This document shows positions 49,524 through 57,359 of a stretch of DNA of 64,000 nucleotides, piece after piece. Below the pieces are notes generated by a model. It saw only the letters and a list, made by a program, of their open reading frames with translations. It had not been told where the DNA came from and did not search any database. Origin of the DNA: Clostridiaceae bacterium (lineage in GTDB: Bacteria > Bacillota > Clostridia > Saccharofermentanales > DTU023); the NCBI GenBank assembly GCA_012522435.1, contig JAAYKK010000006.1:31413-95412 (forward strand), given 5' to 3'. The position numbers and the translations under genes were made by a program. Each line of letters opens with the position of its first letter. The first letter of the stretch is position 1.

Positions 49524-50033
49524 ATGACTTATGTGATATTGAGCGAAGCAACGATAGCTCTATCTGATCTTTTTACCGGTTTGCTTGCTTTGGCCGGAAC
49601 GGTTGCCTTAGTTTTCTTAGCAATCATGTTCTATAGGCTTGCTGCAGCTTTGAAAAAAGTTAAAGATATGCTCGATGAAATGGCTTTACCGCTTAGTCAA
49701 ACGGTGAATCAATTGCCTGAAGTTGTTAAGAAGACAGATAAATCTTTAGGAGATGTCAATGCCATAACCGAGGCGGCAGCTACTGAGGTTCCGGATATTT
49801 TGGAAAGTGTTAGCGGCGTATCGACTTCAGTTGGAACTACTGTTGAAACTGTTGCTGATACAGCGACAAACGTAATTGATGCTGTCAATAGTGTTGTGTC
49901 AACAGGTAAGAGTGCAGTTTCCAGTTTGAATCTGGACGGATTGATCGGCATTGCAGGCAGGGTCACCGGTATTGTCAGCTTTTTGAGAAGATTCAAAAAG
50001 AAGACTAAAAAGAAAAGAAAAAGAAAACGCTGA
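49524..50033 (+). CDS. DUF948-like membrane-anchored protein with polybasic C-terminus
   Basis: One N-terminal TM helix, a helical repeat-like V/T/S/A-rich region, and the tail RRFKKKTKKKRKRKR. The pairing with a YtxH gene resembles the B. subtilis ytxG-ytxH arrangement. Confidence 0.45.
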   Translation: MTYVILSEATIALSDLFTGLLALAGTVALVFLAIMFYRLAAALKKVKDMLDEMALPLSQTVNQLPEVVKKTDKSLGDVNAITEAAATEVPDILESVSGVSTSVGTTVETVADTATNVIDAVNSVVSTGKSAVSSLNLDGLIGIAGRVTGIVSFLRRFKKKTKKKRKRKR

Positions 50034-50057
50034 CAAAATTAATCTCAGAGTAGATTT

Positions 50058-50091
50058 CAAAGGATGGGTGATCACCCATCCTTTGTTTTTT
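50058..50091 (+). terminator. Rho-independent terminator
   Basis: AAAGGATGGGTG-ATC-ACCCATCCTTT followed by GTTTTTT. Confidence 0.85.
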
Positions 50092-50157
50092 CTAGTTTAG
50101 TTTTCTGATAGAATTATAAACTAGAAGAGAAACTTTAATATATTGGAGAAATCATGA

Positions 50158-52977
50158 ATGAACAAAATACAGAAAACCAGTGAACATCTTGATTTGATGA
50201 AATCAGAGAATAAAATGAGCAAACTGGGTCAAAGCAAATATTTTGTTTTAGCTTTCATTTTTCCGTTTTTGATCTTAGGTTTTGCTTACGCTATGCAAGG
50301 AATTTTCCCTTTTGGTGAAAAACACATCTTGACCATAGATCTTTACCATCAATATGCTCCGTTCTTACGTGAATTACGTGCAAAATTAATTTCCGGTGAT
50401 TCTTTATTTGTCAGTTGGTCAGGTGGTCTGGGATTTAATTTCTATTCTGTCATTACTTATTACTTAGCAAGCCCTTTTAATTTTTTACTACTCTTGTTTA
50501 AAGAACAACAGATCAGCGATGCAGTATTGTTGATTACACTATTTAAGATTGCCTCCAGCGGTTTAACATTTTATACATACAGTTACTTCTCACGTAAAAA
50601 ACATAGTTGGTTTTATCTTGCAATTTCCTGTGCTTATGCTTTATCAGGATATTCATTAGCTTATTCCTGGAATATTATGTGGCTTGATACTCTAGTATTT
50701 TTGCCGTTGACTATTTTAGGATTGATTTATTTGATCAGAAATCAAAGGATTTGGCTGTATATAGTAAGTCTATCTGCTATCTTAATCAGTAATTACTATA
50801 CTGCCTTTTTTGTCTGTGTTTTTCTTTTGTTTTATTTTTGGGTATTACTTATTCAAGAAAGAGAAGTGAATAACTATTTAAAGAATATCAAAAATCATAA
50901 ACTCCACTGTTTTGTTAAATTTGCCGGCAGTTCTTTATTAGCTGCCGGAATTGCAGCTGTTACCTTAGTACCGACAATCATCGCCTTGAGCAGAACTTCC
51001 GCTTCAGGTGATTTGTTTCCCGATACCATTAATTTTTTTGAGCCATTTATTGATTTCATCAGCCGCTTATTAACTTTAGCTCCTTTGTCAATTCGAGACG
51101 GTATGCCTAACCTATACGCAAGTGTTATTTTATTAGTGCTCTTGCCACTTTTTTTCAGCAACAAAAAGATATCATTTTACACAAAAGTCTCTCATGGTAT
51201 TTTGATTTTCTTTTTATTAATCAGTTTGAATAACAATGTCTTAAATTTTATTTGGCATGGTTTTCATTATCCAAATCAATTACCTTTTAGAAATTCCTTC
51301 GTTTTGATATTTTTGTTTTGTGTGATGGCTCTGACCGCTTATGATAATTGGCAAGGCTCGGACAAATTACCATGGTTTAGATTATTGGGCATCTGGATCG
51401 TTGTGCTACTATTTTTGCAAAAAATAGATCAAGAAAGTTATGATTTTTCTTTGATCTTGATATCAATTATATTATTATTTATTTTTGCCTTAATCCTTAA
51501 TACTGCGGAAGATATTAAAATTAAAAAGAAATATATATCTTTAATGCTATTAATTGTGATGCTAGTTGAATTATTAATTAATACAACCATGGCAATTGGC
51601 TCAATTAGTGATAATGAGTATTATGGATCAAGAGATGGGTATTTAGCAGGCGAATATCCGGAATCAGTCTTAAAAAGAGTTGAACAAATAAAAGATCAAG
51701 ATCCCAATGCAAGAGCAGCTCTCTGGCCTGATAAATGTGTGAATGATCCGATGCTTTATGGTTTTCCGGGCTTAACAATTTTTTCTTCGACATACCCTAA
51801 ACAACCTGTCCAGTTATTAGCCAATTTAGGTTACGACAACAACCGTATTAACAGTTATCAGGATACCGGTTCAAATATAATCTTAGACTCAGTCTTAGGC
51901 ATAAAATACAAAATAATAGATCAAAATCGAGAAGAACAAATTTCATTTTATCAATCAGTCGATACAGATGGTATTACTGCTCTATATAAGAACGAATATG
52001 CATTACCTTTACTTTATTATGTACCGCATAATGCCGTTAATTTAGAGACAGATTCTGAAAAATCAGGAATTTATAATCAACGAGAGTTGATCAAGGCTTT
52101 AAATGGCAATCCGGATATCTTGCAATATACAACGACGTATTCAAAAGATGCTGATGGCTGTACTGTAGTAGAAATTTCAGATAATAAATACCAAGTTGAC
52201 TTGTTCAAAGATAATGAGCAAATCAATTTTTCTTTTGAGCTAAAAGCTGAACAAGACGGATATCAAACAGTATCCTGGGATGCTTCAGGACTCAGATTCG
52301 ATCAGATATACTTAACCAAATTTGACAATCAACAAAATAATCAGCCCGATAATACTACATCCACCCAAAATTTAAGTCGTAAATCGACCTCAATTGCAGA
52401 TATTGGATATTTAGAAACCGGGGAAACAGTCAAAATAAATTTTGTGGTCAATAAAGATGACTCCAATAATGGGAACATAAAGTTCGAAGGTTCCACAATT
52501 AACCAAAACAAACTTGAAACTTGGTTGAACGGTTTGCGGATAAACTCCGTTAATCCGCTTAAACACGATTCTAATCATTTAACTGCCGAAATAAATTTGC
52601 CGCAAGCCGGCTATCTTTTGTTTGCAACTACTTACGATCAAGGTTGGCAGGTGAGTGTGAATGAATTGTCAAAAGAAATAACACCTTTTGATAATTCCTT
52701 AATTTTGATCCCGGTGGATAGTGGCAACAATCAACTTGAATTAAAATTTACGCCTAATGGTTTTGTGATAGGAGTTATCATATCCGGTCTCAGTTTATGC
52801 ATAGCATTTGTTTTATTATGGATTGCACTTTTAAGAAAGAGAAAGAAAAATCAAGAATTGACTTTGCAAGAACAAAACAATCAAAGTTTGCCAAATGAAT
52901 TGCAAATAAGGACTGTAAGTATCAAAACTGTTTCTTTAACTGATGATGATCTTAACGATCAAAGCAATGATTTATAG
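50158..52977 (+). CDS. YfhO-family polytopic membrane protein (GT-C-type glycosyltransferase family)
   Basis: 939 aa. The N-terminus GIFPFGEKHILTIDLYHQYAPF resembles the YfhO family. More than 12 TM segments, a large extracytoplasmic C-terminal domain and a final TM helix. Confidence 0.7.
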   Translation: MNKIQKTSEHLDLMKSENKMSKLGQSKYFVLAFIFPFLILGFAYAMQGIFPFGEKHILTIDLYHQYAPFLRELRAKLISGDSLFVSWSGGLGFNFYSVITYYLASPFNFLLLLFKEQQISDAVLLITLFKIASSGLTFYTYSYFSRKKHSWFYLAISCAYALSGYSLAYSWNIMWLDTLVFLPLTILGLIYLIRNQRIWLYIVSLSAILISNYYTAFFVCVFLLFYFWVLLIQEREVNNYLKNIKNHKLHCFVKFAGSSLLAAGIAAVTLVPTIIALSRTSASGDLFPDTINFFEPFIDFISRLLTLAPLSIRDGMPNLYASVILLVLLPLFFSNKKISFYTKVSHGILIFFLLISLNNNVLNFIWHGFHYPNQLPFRNSFVLIFLFCVMALTAYDNWQGSDKLPWFRLLGIWIVVLLFLQKIDQESYDFSLILISIILLFIFALILNTAEDIKIKKKYISLMLLIVMLVELLINTTMAIGSISDNEYYGSRDGYLAGEYPESVLKRVEQIKDQDPNARAALWPDKCVNDPMLYGFPGLTIFSSTYPKQPVQLLANLGYDNNRINSYQDTGSNIILDSVLGIKYKIIDQNREEQISFYQSVDTDGITALYKNEYALPLLYYVPHNAVNLETDSEKSGIYNQRELIKALNGNPDILQYTTTYSKDADGCTVVEISDNKYQVDLFKDNEQINFSFELKAEQDGYQTVSWDASGLRFDQIYLTKFDNQQNNQPDNTTSTQNLSRKSTSIADIGYLETGETVKINFVVNKDDSNNGNIKFEGSTINQNKLETWLNGLRINSVNPLKHDSNHLTAEINLPQAGYLLFATTYDQGWQVSVNELSKEITPFDNSLILIPVDSGNNQLELKFTPNGFVIGVIISGLSLCIAFVLLWIALLRKRKKNQELTLQEQNNQSLPNELQIRTVSIKTVSLTDDDLNDQSNDL

Positions 52978-53020
52978 TAACATTTAGATTATGATCAATA
53001 TAAAAAAGTAAGGTTTATTG

Positions 53021-53599
53021 ATGAATTTTTCAAAGCATAAAACTGAAATTAGTATAATTTTATTGATCTTATCCATGTTATTGATTTTTAGTTCCTGCCA
53101 AAAATTAACTTCAATAGTCAGATCAAGCAATGCTAAACCTATTCTAAAAACAATTACAGTTTCTGAAACAAATGAGTCTGAGCCTGTTTATTCTATGGTG
53201 TTTGAGAATGGAAAGATTAAACCTATTCAGAAATTCACACCTGATGATGCAAAATATTATAAAGTTGAGATGATAGGTTATAGATCGGAACTAAAGGATG
53301 ATGAAATCATTGCTTCTTACGAAGCAATTAATCTAATTGATAATAATGGAAATACTGTTGATCTAGATATTGATTTAGATAAATTTATCAAATTGGTTTT
53401 AGATACGACAAAGAAAAACATCTGGAGAATTAGAATTATTGAAGTAGATCAGGAGTATTTTGCTTTTGTTAAATTGAATGTCAATTGGCAATCTCCAGGC
53501 ATTTTGTATAAATATAATAAAGAAGAATCAAAACTTGAAAAAATTTATAGCTGGAATGAAGTAGATTTGATTGGTTTAGCTTTAATAGATAATAATTAA
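53021..53599 (+). CDS. Predicted lipoprotein, unknown function
   Basis: Signal peptide ending in lipobox LIFSSC. No recognisable domain. Confidence 0.55.
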   Translation: MNFSKHKTEISIILLILSMLLIFSSCQKLTSIVRSSNAKPILKTITVSETNESEPVYSMVFENGKIKPIQKFTPDDAKYYKVEMIGYRSELKDDEIIASYEAINLIDNNGNTVDLDIDLDKFIKLVLDTTKKNIWRIRIIEVDQEYFAFVKLNVNWQSPGILYKYNKEESKLEKIYSWNEVDLIGLALIDNN

Positions 53600-53623
53600 T
53601 TACGAATAAAGTCTGTGAATAAG

Positions 53624-54019
53624 ATGAGTGAAAAGAAGAAAGTGGCTTTTGTTTGTGTCCATAATTCATGTCGCAGTCAAATTGCAGAAGCTTTAGGGAA
53701 ACGATATGCTTCTGCAAATTATGAATTTTACTCTGCCGGTACAGAAATAAAATCTGAAATTAATCAAGATGCAGTTCGTTTGATGAAGCATATCTATGAT
53801 ATAGACATGGAAGCAACTCAGTATCCAAAACTAATTGAAGATATCCCTGCTGTGGACATTGTTATTACGATGGGCTGCAATGTGCAATGTCCAACTATAA
53901 AATGTGAATATAGAGAAGATTGGGATTTAGATGATCCTAGTGGCAAAAGTGATCAAGAGTTTTGGAAAGTCATCCAAGCTATTGAAAATAATATAAAAAA
54001 CAAATTCACCATCAGATAG
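53624..54019 (+). CDS. Low-molecular-weight phosphatase family protein, ArsC-type arsenate reductase-like
   Basis: P-loop VCVHNSCRS (CX5R), a downstream Cys cluster GCNVQCPTIKC, and DWDLDDP. Confidence 0.65.
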   Translation: MSEKKKVAFVCVHNSCRSQIAEALGKRYASANYEFYSAGTEIKSEINQDAVRLMKHIYDIDMEATQYPKLIEDIPAVDIVITMGCNVQCPTIKCEYREDWDLDDPSGKSDQEFWKVIQAIENNIKNKFTIR

Positions 54020-54060
54020 AAAAAGTAATTTAGTTTACTCTGTCATGGTTTTACAGATAA

Positions 54061-54089
54061 TTGACAGGTAAATTTATCTTTGTTATATT
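54061..54089 (+). promoter_or_regulatory. Sigma-A-type promoter for the tRNA-Leu/tRNA-Trp pair
   Basis: Consensus TTGACA - 17 nt - TATATT, ending 13 nt upstream of the tRNA-Leu 5' end. Confidence 0.7.
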
Positions 54090-54102
54090 TGTTTAGTAAC
54101 TC

Positions 54103-54189
54103 GCCGGAGTGTCGGAACTGGCAGACGAGATAGACTCAAAATCTGTTGTCCGTAAGGGCGTATGGGTTCAAGTCCCATCTCCGGCACCA
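54103..54189 (+). tRNA. tRNA-Leu (anticodon CAA), type II, CCA encoded
   Basis: Acceptor GCCGGAG/CTCCGGC, anticodon stem ATAGA/TCTGT with loop CTCAAAA, T-loop TTCAAGT. Length 87 nt. Confidence 0.9.
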
Positions 54190-54213
54190 TTTTTAACGCT
54201 GATTTTCTGTTAT

Positions 54214-54288
54214 AGGGGAGTGGCTCAACGGTAGAGCAACGGTCTCCAAAACCGTCGGTTGCGGGTTCAAATCCTGTCTCCCCTGCCA
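54214..54288 (+). tRNA. tRNA-Trp (anticodon CCA), CCA encoded
   Basis: Acceptor AGGGGAG/CTCCCCT, anticodon stem ACGGT/ACCGT with loop CTCCAAA, T-loop TTCAAAT. Length 75 nt. Confidence 0.9.
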
Positions 54289-54293
54289 ATCTT

Positions 54294-54330
54294 GAGGTGT
54301 ACGAACCATTGTTTGTATGCCTCTTTTTTA
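54294..54330 (+). terminator. Rho-independent terminator after tRNA-Trp
   Basis: GAGGTGTAC ... GTATGCCTC stem (two G-U pairs) followed by TTTTTTAT. Confidence 0.7.
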
Positions 54331-54494
54331 TTATGAAAATTTATTATTCTAATCGGAGCAGGGACTAAAGATATTCTACTTGTTGCCTTTTTGTAACATG
54401 CCTTTAACAAAATGCCTGATTTATCAGCTGTTTTTATGGTTAGAATAACAAGTTTTGGTTATAATATGAACTATTAGTTAGAGGAACTTAGAGA

Positions 54495-55169
54495 ATGATT
54501 GTTGCTTATATTATTACTTTTATCGCATCTTTATATTTGATCATATATGGTAATTTGAGTCTATGGCTCGGTTTACCTTTACTGATCTTTTCAGTTAGCG
54601 GTATTTCTTTTCAATTGATTCAGATTGTTAATCAAAATCTACGCTTAAATAGATTAAAAAAGAAAGCCAAAGCAAAATGGGTAGGTGAGTTTACTTTAAT
54701 TGAAGGTTTAAATTTAGTGACCAATCAGAGTATTCACTTAATCTTAACCCGTAGAGATGATTTGCTCTTACAAGCCGAACAGAATGAATTTCAATTAAAT
54801 TTGGCGGATATTGATGGGATCTTCATTACCAAGGGATTTAATACACTAAACTTAACTGATGAAGAGATTTGCAAGTTTATCAATCGGGAAACTACAGCTC
54901 CTGTTTTCAACAATATTCGTAATCTCATTCGAAATAATAGACAGTATGCTAAGAAATATATTATGCTAATTTCTTTAAAGTTAAAAGAGGATGTTTATTA
55001 TAATGTAAGAATGAATCAAGATTTAATAATCATGATTTTGATGCATGGAAATAATAACTTCAGACAATTTACCAAACGACCTGAAATAAGAAGCAAGGTA
55101 CGTTATTACAATAAAAGAATGGAACCTTCTCTATCCAGAGAAGAACCAAGATTAGACCAACTTACTTAG
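54495..55169 (+). CDS. Hypothetical membrane protein (two N-terminal TM helices plus a soluble domain)
   Basis: Only the ORF, hydrophobic N-terminus and a basic linker (LKKKAKAK). I recognise no family. Confidence 0.4.
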   Translation: MIVAYIITFIASLYLIIYGNLSLWLGLPLLIFSVSGISFQLIQIVNQNLRLNRLKKKAKAKWVGEFTLIEGLNLVTNQSIHLILTRRDDLLLQAEQNEFQLNLADIDGIFITKGFNTLNLTDEEICKFINRETTAPVFNNIRNLIRNNRQYAKKYIMLISLKLKEDVYYNVRMNQDLIIMILMHGNNNFRQFTKRPEIRSKVRYYNKRMEPSLSREEPRLDQLT

Positions 55170-55194
55170 TTGATTAGGAAGGTAATGCATATTA

Positions 55195-56145
55195 ATGAAT
55201 ATACAAGCACAGACTTTTAAAGAATTATGTAATGTAATTGAGCAAAACATAAATCGTGTAATGATCGGCAAAGAAGATGTTATCGAATCACTATTGATTG
55301 CGCTTGCCGCGGGCGGACATGTTTTGATTGAAGATGTTCCGGGAATCGGTAAAACTACTTTGGTATCTGCTTTAGCAAAGTCTCTCAATTTAACATTTAA
55401 AAGAATTCAGTTTACGCCGGACCTAATGCCTTCAGATGTTACAGGCTTCAGTTTGTATAATCAGAAAACAGGAGAATTCGAATTTCAGCCCGGTGCTGTG
55501 ATGAGTCAGATTGTCTTGGCTGATGAGATAAATCGTACTTCGCCCAAAACACAATCCGCATTACTTGAAGTAATGCAGGAAAATCAAGTTACAGTTGACG
55601 GAATTACTTACGAAATCCCGCAGCCATTTATTGTCTTAGCTACGCAAAATCCGGTTGATCACATAGGAACATATCCGCTACCTGAGGCTCAGCTAGACCG
55701 CTTTATGTTAAAGATTGATCTCGGTTATCCGACAATTGATCAGGAAGTCGAAATTCTTGATTTGTATTCTAGTGATGCTCCTTTAGAAACTTTGCAGGAA
55801 GTTGCTGACAGTAACGATGTGCTTTGGATGCGAGAACAAGCTCTACATGTGCATTGTGCCAAGTCTGTTAAAAGATATATTGCTGAATTGACAGCTGCCA
55901 CACGCCGTCATCCTGATATTAGTCTGGGAGCTAGTCCAAGAGCTTCAAATATGCTAATGCAAGCGGCAAAGAGTAGAGCCTTGATTAGAGGACGCGATTA
56001 TGTAAGGCCGGATGATGTTCAAGCTTTAGCAGTTTCTGTATTATCGCATAGGATTACGATTACTCCTGAAAGCAGACTAAAAAGAATAACTAGTGATGAT
56101 GCTATTATTTCAGTAGTCAGACAGGTAGCCGTACCCGAAAGATAA
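55195..56145 (+). CDS. MoxR-family AAA+ ATPase
   Basis: GHVLIEDVPGIGKTTL, RIQFTPDLMPSDVTG, LADEINR, ATQNP (AAA_3/MoxR signatures). Confidence 0.9.
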   Translation: MNIQAQTFKELCNVIEQNINRVMIGKEDVIESLLIALAAGGHVLIEDVPGIGKTTLVSALAKSLNLTFKRIQFTPDLMPSDVTGFSLYNQKTGEFEFQPGAVMSQIVLADEINRTSPKTQSALLEVMQENQVTVDGITYEIPQPFIVLATQNPVDHIGTYPLPEAQLDRFMLKIDLGYPTIDQEVEILDLYSSDAPLETLQEVADSNDVLWMREQALHVHCAKSVKRYIAELTAATRRHPDISLGASPRASNMLMQAAKSRALIRGRDYVRPDDVQALAVSVLSHRITITPESRLKRITSDDAIISVVRQVAVPER

Positions 56146-56150
56146 ATAAT

Positions 56151-57359
56151 ATGATTCGTCCGCGTTTTGTTTTTTGGATATTGGCAGTTGTTGCAACTTT
56201 TATCGGCAATCAATTAATTGAGCATAAATTTATCATGATTTTGATGCTATTTTTATTAGCTTTGCCAATTTTTTCTGTACTTTATAGTTTCTGGATCAGA
56301 AGAAAACTGTCCGTTTCAATTGTGCCTGATCAGGAATTTATTGAAAGAGGAGACCAGGCTTGTTGGTATATCAAATTTACTAATTTGAGCAAACTCCAAA
56401 CTATGGCAATTAGAATATTAATCAAAGCGAACACGCTTCACATTGATCAGGAGCAAATCCAAGCAACTTTATTGATAGCACAAAATGATTCGTCAAACAT
56501 ACGTTTAACAGCTAAACCTGCATTTTCCGGTCCCTTTACTGCAGATAGTTTTTCAATTGCGATTAATGATATTTTCGGCTTCTTCAGAATAAAGTCTCTC
56601 ACAGCTACTGAGGTTAATTTTCCTAATGTATATGTATTGCCTTTGGAAGAGATGTCTGAAGATTATCATGAATATCTGAGCAATCATTTAGCTGCCGGTG
56701 AGTTCCCTTCCGGAAAGAGTCAATCTCTGCTTGATGAAATTGACCGTTTAAGAACTATGGAAAGTGGAGATTCTTTGAAACATATCCATTGGAAACTCTC
56801 TGCTCGAATGCAAGAATGGATGGTCAAAGAATTTGATAAAGAAGATGATCGAACTGTTACGGTATTACTTAATTTGCCTGAAGTCTTTTTTAAAACATAC
56901 AATGATGAGAGTAATCGTCTTCTATATCTGCGAAACTACATGTTAGATCATACATATACCGCTATCCGAATATTTCTGAGTCGAGAAGCAACTGTGCGTC
57001 TCAAGACATATCAGCCGGAATTAGTTGTCGAAGAAGCAATCCATATGAACGAAGCTGATCTATTGAGGAAACAATTATCATACATACCATATCGCTCAGT
57101 AATTCCTTTTGCTGAACAATTACATGATGAAAGACTAGGCAATGAATTAAACATTCTCTATATTATAACTAATGAACTCGATCATAGTTTAGTCGCCGAT
57201 TTAAGAACTTTAAGAACCAGAATAGGTGGTATGCATCTTGTTTTTGCTGTCGATCAGCAAAGCACAGTTGATGCTGCTCAGGAACATCTTGAGCGATTAG
57301 CTAATCTAAATATTAACGTAGAGCTAGCTTATTCAAACGAGGTGAATAATTATGAATAA
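56151..57359 (+). CDS. DUF58 (vWA-like) protein, MoxR partner
   Basis: Two N-terminal TM helices and the DUF58 signature GDSLKHIHWKLSARMQEWMVKEF. Sits immediately downstream of the MoxR ATPase. Confidence 0.8.
   Translation: MIRPRFVFWILAVVATFIGNQLIEHKFIMILMLFLLALPIFSVLYSFWIRRKLSVSIVPDQEFIERGDQACWYIKFTNLSKLQTMAIRILIKANTLHIDQEQIQATLLIAQNDSSNIRLTAKPAFSGPFTADSFSIAINDIFGFFRIKSLTATEVNFPNVYVLPLEEMSEDYHEYLSNHLAAGEFPSGKSQSLLDEIDRLRTMESGDSLKHIHWKLSARMQEWMVKEFDKEDDRTVTVLLNLPEVFFKTYNDESNRLLYLRNYMLDHTYTAIRIFLSREATVRLKTYQPELVVEEAIHMNEADLLRKQLSYIPYRSVIPFAEQLHDERLGNELNILYIITNELDHSLVADLRTLRTRIGGMHLVFAVDQQSTVDAAQEHLERLANLNINVELAYSNEVNNYE

Noticed and set aside
53624-54019. arsC-like gene as a marker of an arsenic-resistance island
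   Set aside because: No arsR, arsB/acr3, arsA or arsD is adjacent. It is a solitary LMW-phosphatase-family gene between a lipoprotein gene and tRNAs.
54083-54289. 68-aa minus-strand ORF
   Set aside because: It is antisense across tRNA-Leu(CAA) and tRNA-Trp, so it is an artefact of the tRNA sequences.
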